A DNA stretch of 64,000 nt from Rhina ancylostomus (Eukaryota), in contig JARFYF010000050.1 of NCBI GenBank assembly GCA_030265395.1, positions 24,640,861 through 24,704,860 of the forward strand, in the 5' to 3' direction. The stretch's first letter is position 1; the number at the start of each line of letters is the position of its first letter. The notes under the pieces are model-generated. The model saw nothing but the letters and a program-made list of their open reading frames with translations, ran no database searches and was not told the origin of the DNA. This document shows positions 61,441-64,000 of this stretch, piece after piece. Made by a program: the position numbers and the translations under genes.

Positions 61441-63134
61441 TAAAATAAGATAAATATAAAATAATTTTTTTACTGTTTAGGGGATTTTGCTACTTGTACA
61501 TTGGCTATCATCTTTGTTACATAAAGAGTTGTAAAAATGATTCCAAAGGATGCAAAATACATTATAACTTCTAGAGGACTTGATAAGATGCTACATCAAT
61601 GCCAATGTTTTTCCTCCTTTTGCAGTCTAATGACAGAGCTGATGTTGTTGAGGAATGGGACTGTCACTGCATTCCTCCGGAGAAGCTTACAATTTTAAGA
61701 AAACCTGTCTCTTGCGCTTCGAACGTCATCTTAATCTGTATCTTCCATTGTATTACTATCCATAGCAGAGAGTGACACTGTCAAAAGTACTTCACATTCT
61801 CTACGTTTCTCTTTTATAATTAACAGAAAATCCCCAATGCAATCCAAAGCACAGGATTTGTCTAGAAAATAATAGGAGTGTACAGGTCTCCTCATCTGCA
61901 CTTTATTAAAACATATAAAGTAAGACAAGGCTTTTCAATGTGATGAAAATGAGTCCTTACAGCAAGGCACAGCTATAAAGACTAACATCATTTTACTCTT
62001 GACTTCACATGCAGAATAAATCTTCCAGCTTTGTCCAGAGATCAACGATTGGTATTCAGCCAATCCAGCAGTTTGGCCAAAGCTAATAAAATGCATCATT
62101 CTGGGTGGGACCAATTGAAAGCTGGCTTTGAAATTAGGCACTGGGTTTAGGTTTAACTACCAAGTTTAATTTTAGATGACTCAACCCAAAACTAACATCG
62201 AAGCTACCAACTTAGGAATTATGATTAAACTGTGGTGCACTATATGCCTGAAACTGCTGGTTGTACAGTGGCACCACACAACAGGATAGTACATTTCAAA
62301 ATATTTTTAAAGTGCGAAGTGGAACCATCACACACTGAAATTGTTAAAGAAAACCTCTCGCCTTGAGTTTCAATCTACTCCAAGGTCTAATGGATCACTT
62401 GACCAGTTACTAATATCACTTGCACAATGTTAAGCTCAAATTGGTTCTTTGGGAAGATTTCATAGCACTGTGTCTGGAAGCCATAATAAATTGACCCTTA
62501 AAAGTGACTTGCATGAATAACAATTGTCCTATTCAGTTTTATTCTTCTTAATTGATTGTCAGTCATAAAGTAAGGGTTTGCATATGAGGGACTAAAGGTA
62601 TCATCACCACTTCATTCACCAAATAACAGGGTCTGGATCTTCCAAGAAAAGCTGTTTGAAACTACTGTGTATTATGTTCAGGACCTTCCAAGCAAAGGCT
62701 GAGTCCAGAGATTCTGCTCAGAAATGACCGGAACATGGAAAATTTAAGCTAAAATATCAAGACAAGAAGTGCAAACCTTGAAAGCCCACGTTGTATATTT
62801 TAGTGGAATGAAACCAAAACTGCCAGAAGATAATTTATGCATGGATACAAGGGTTTTAATAAATGTGTGTCTAACTGAGCTAAAATTTTAATTAAGGACT
62901 TGCATCCTAGTTTTTATGTCCTTTCATTATAAATAATCAAAAGAAGAGCAAATAGCAAATGGAGTGTCAATGTGTTAAAGCTAGGAAACAGGTCTACATT
63001 CATGTTAAACAGTAAAAACAACCTGCTATAGACAGAATTAGGCAAGCCCATAGCTGAATGATCTGATCAAAGCTCTCTAGTCCAGCCTTACCCAAGTAGG
63101 AATGGCTAAATTCTTATTGGGAGGTGCTGACTCA

Positions 63135-63345
63135 GTGAATGTCATCCTTTTCTATCATGGTGGAGCTCAACATAAGCAATTATAACCAGCTTCAGCCAGA
63201 ACAGTCGAGTGGATGGTCCACCTCAGTTTCCTCCCAAGATCCACATCATCACAGAAGCCTACCTTCAGCCAATTTGGTTCACTTCATGTGGCAAGGAACC
63301 TGCTGGATGGTGCTGAATACAGCAAAGGCCATGGGCAACATCTCA
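63135..63345 (+). mobile_element. L2-group (Crack/Daphne-like) LINE ORF2 fragment
   Basis: Degenerate GGAQHK...FSQN.RVD...ITEAYLQPI...VLNTAKAMG. Confidence 0.55.
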
Positions 63346-64000
63346 GCAGCAGATATTCCAAAAGCAGCTGACCTTTTAACCACATTCTCTGTACAGATGC
63401 AAGGCTGCCAAACATTGAAGAAAATACCCTGAATTCATTTCTCTAGAAATGATGCTAAAAAATATTGTGTGCTATATAATCCAAATTTTAGTTTATCTGT
63501 GTTATCAATCATTTTGTGACTAAATTATGCCAATTACAGGATTGGACTGGGTGCTTTCAGTCACAAACCCCACAACCAGATTTGGTTTTCACTGGTGTCA
63601 GACGTGCACCAAATAATGCGACTATTCATCAATACCCATTTACAGCTATATGACACAAATTGGAGCTCCAAACTAGGATTACTATGGAACATTCTCAGGA
63701 GAACTAGGAGCCCATTGTCAACTTATTCAGTGTTTAGAAAGATGTTCTACTGACATCATGGGACCAGGCTGGACAGCTTCGGATCATGCTGGCTCATCAG
63801 GATGTGCCACAATCAATAGGAAGTGTTTCATCTAGCATTCAGGACTAACATACTCATTTAGTGAATTTTTTGGTGAAGGAGGCAAAGACATGTCTATCAG
63901 AAAAGATAGGCTCAGTGAAATGTGTAACAATCTGTGGGATGACCTTTGGTCATGCTCTTGTGCCTGGACTGTACTCTGCATGGAGGTCAAGGTCACTTGA

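Noticed and set aside
61626-61775. Strong + strand acceptor (ttctccttttgcag) as the next FASTKD3 exon
   Set aside because: None of the three frames resembles FASTKD3 and all reach stop codons.
66-63432. Remaining short (60-150 aa) ORFs in the six-frame track
   Set aside because: Mostly non-ATG starts, gap-spanning, antisense shadows of real exons or repeat-derived; expected by chance in intronic DNA.
60336-64000. Next upstream ARHGAP44 exon (KKLPLTTLAQC...)
   Set aside because: Not found by eye on the minus strand; presumably beyond the window.

Overview
Eukaryotic genomic DNA, most likely from a cartilaginous fish (elasmobranch), judged from HE1/V-SINE-like, Deu-SINE-like, CR1, L2, RTE, Rex1 and Penelope-type repeats. 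It has eight N-gaps. The minus strand carries 12 consecutive GT-AG coding exons of ARHGAP44 (RICH2; BAR + RhoGAP) that splice into one open frame from 60335 down to 503; both gene ends lie outside the window. Inside the ~23-kb ARHGAP44 intron (35117-58336), on the opposite strand, is an intact ~1.47-kb first coding exon of a FASTKD3-like mitochondrial RNA-processing gene with real splice sites. Its C-terminal exons could not be confidently found, so the gene is nested or interleaved, or truncated. The introns also contain a Penelope-like element remnant and at least 8 dispersed repeat copies with minimal hammerhead-ribozyme motifs (one nearly intact), two candidate micro-exons, a 31-bp minisatellite and a Tigger-like MITE. 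All calls were made by eye; exon boundaries were read base by base, repeat boundaries are approximate.
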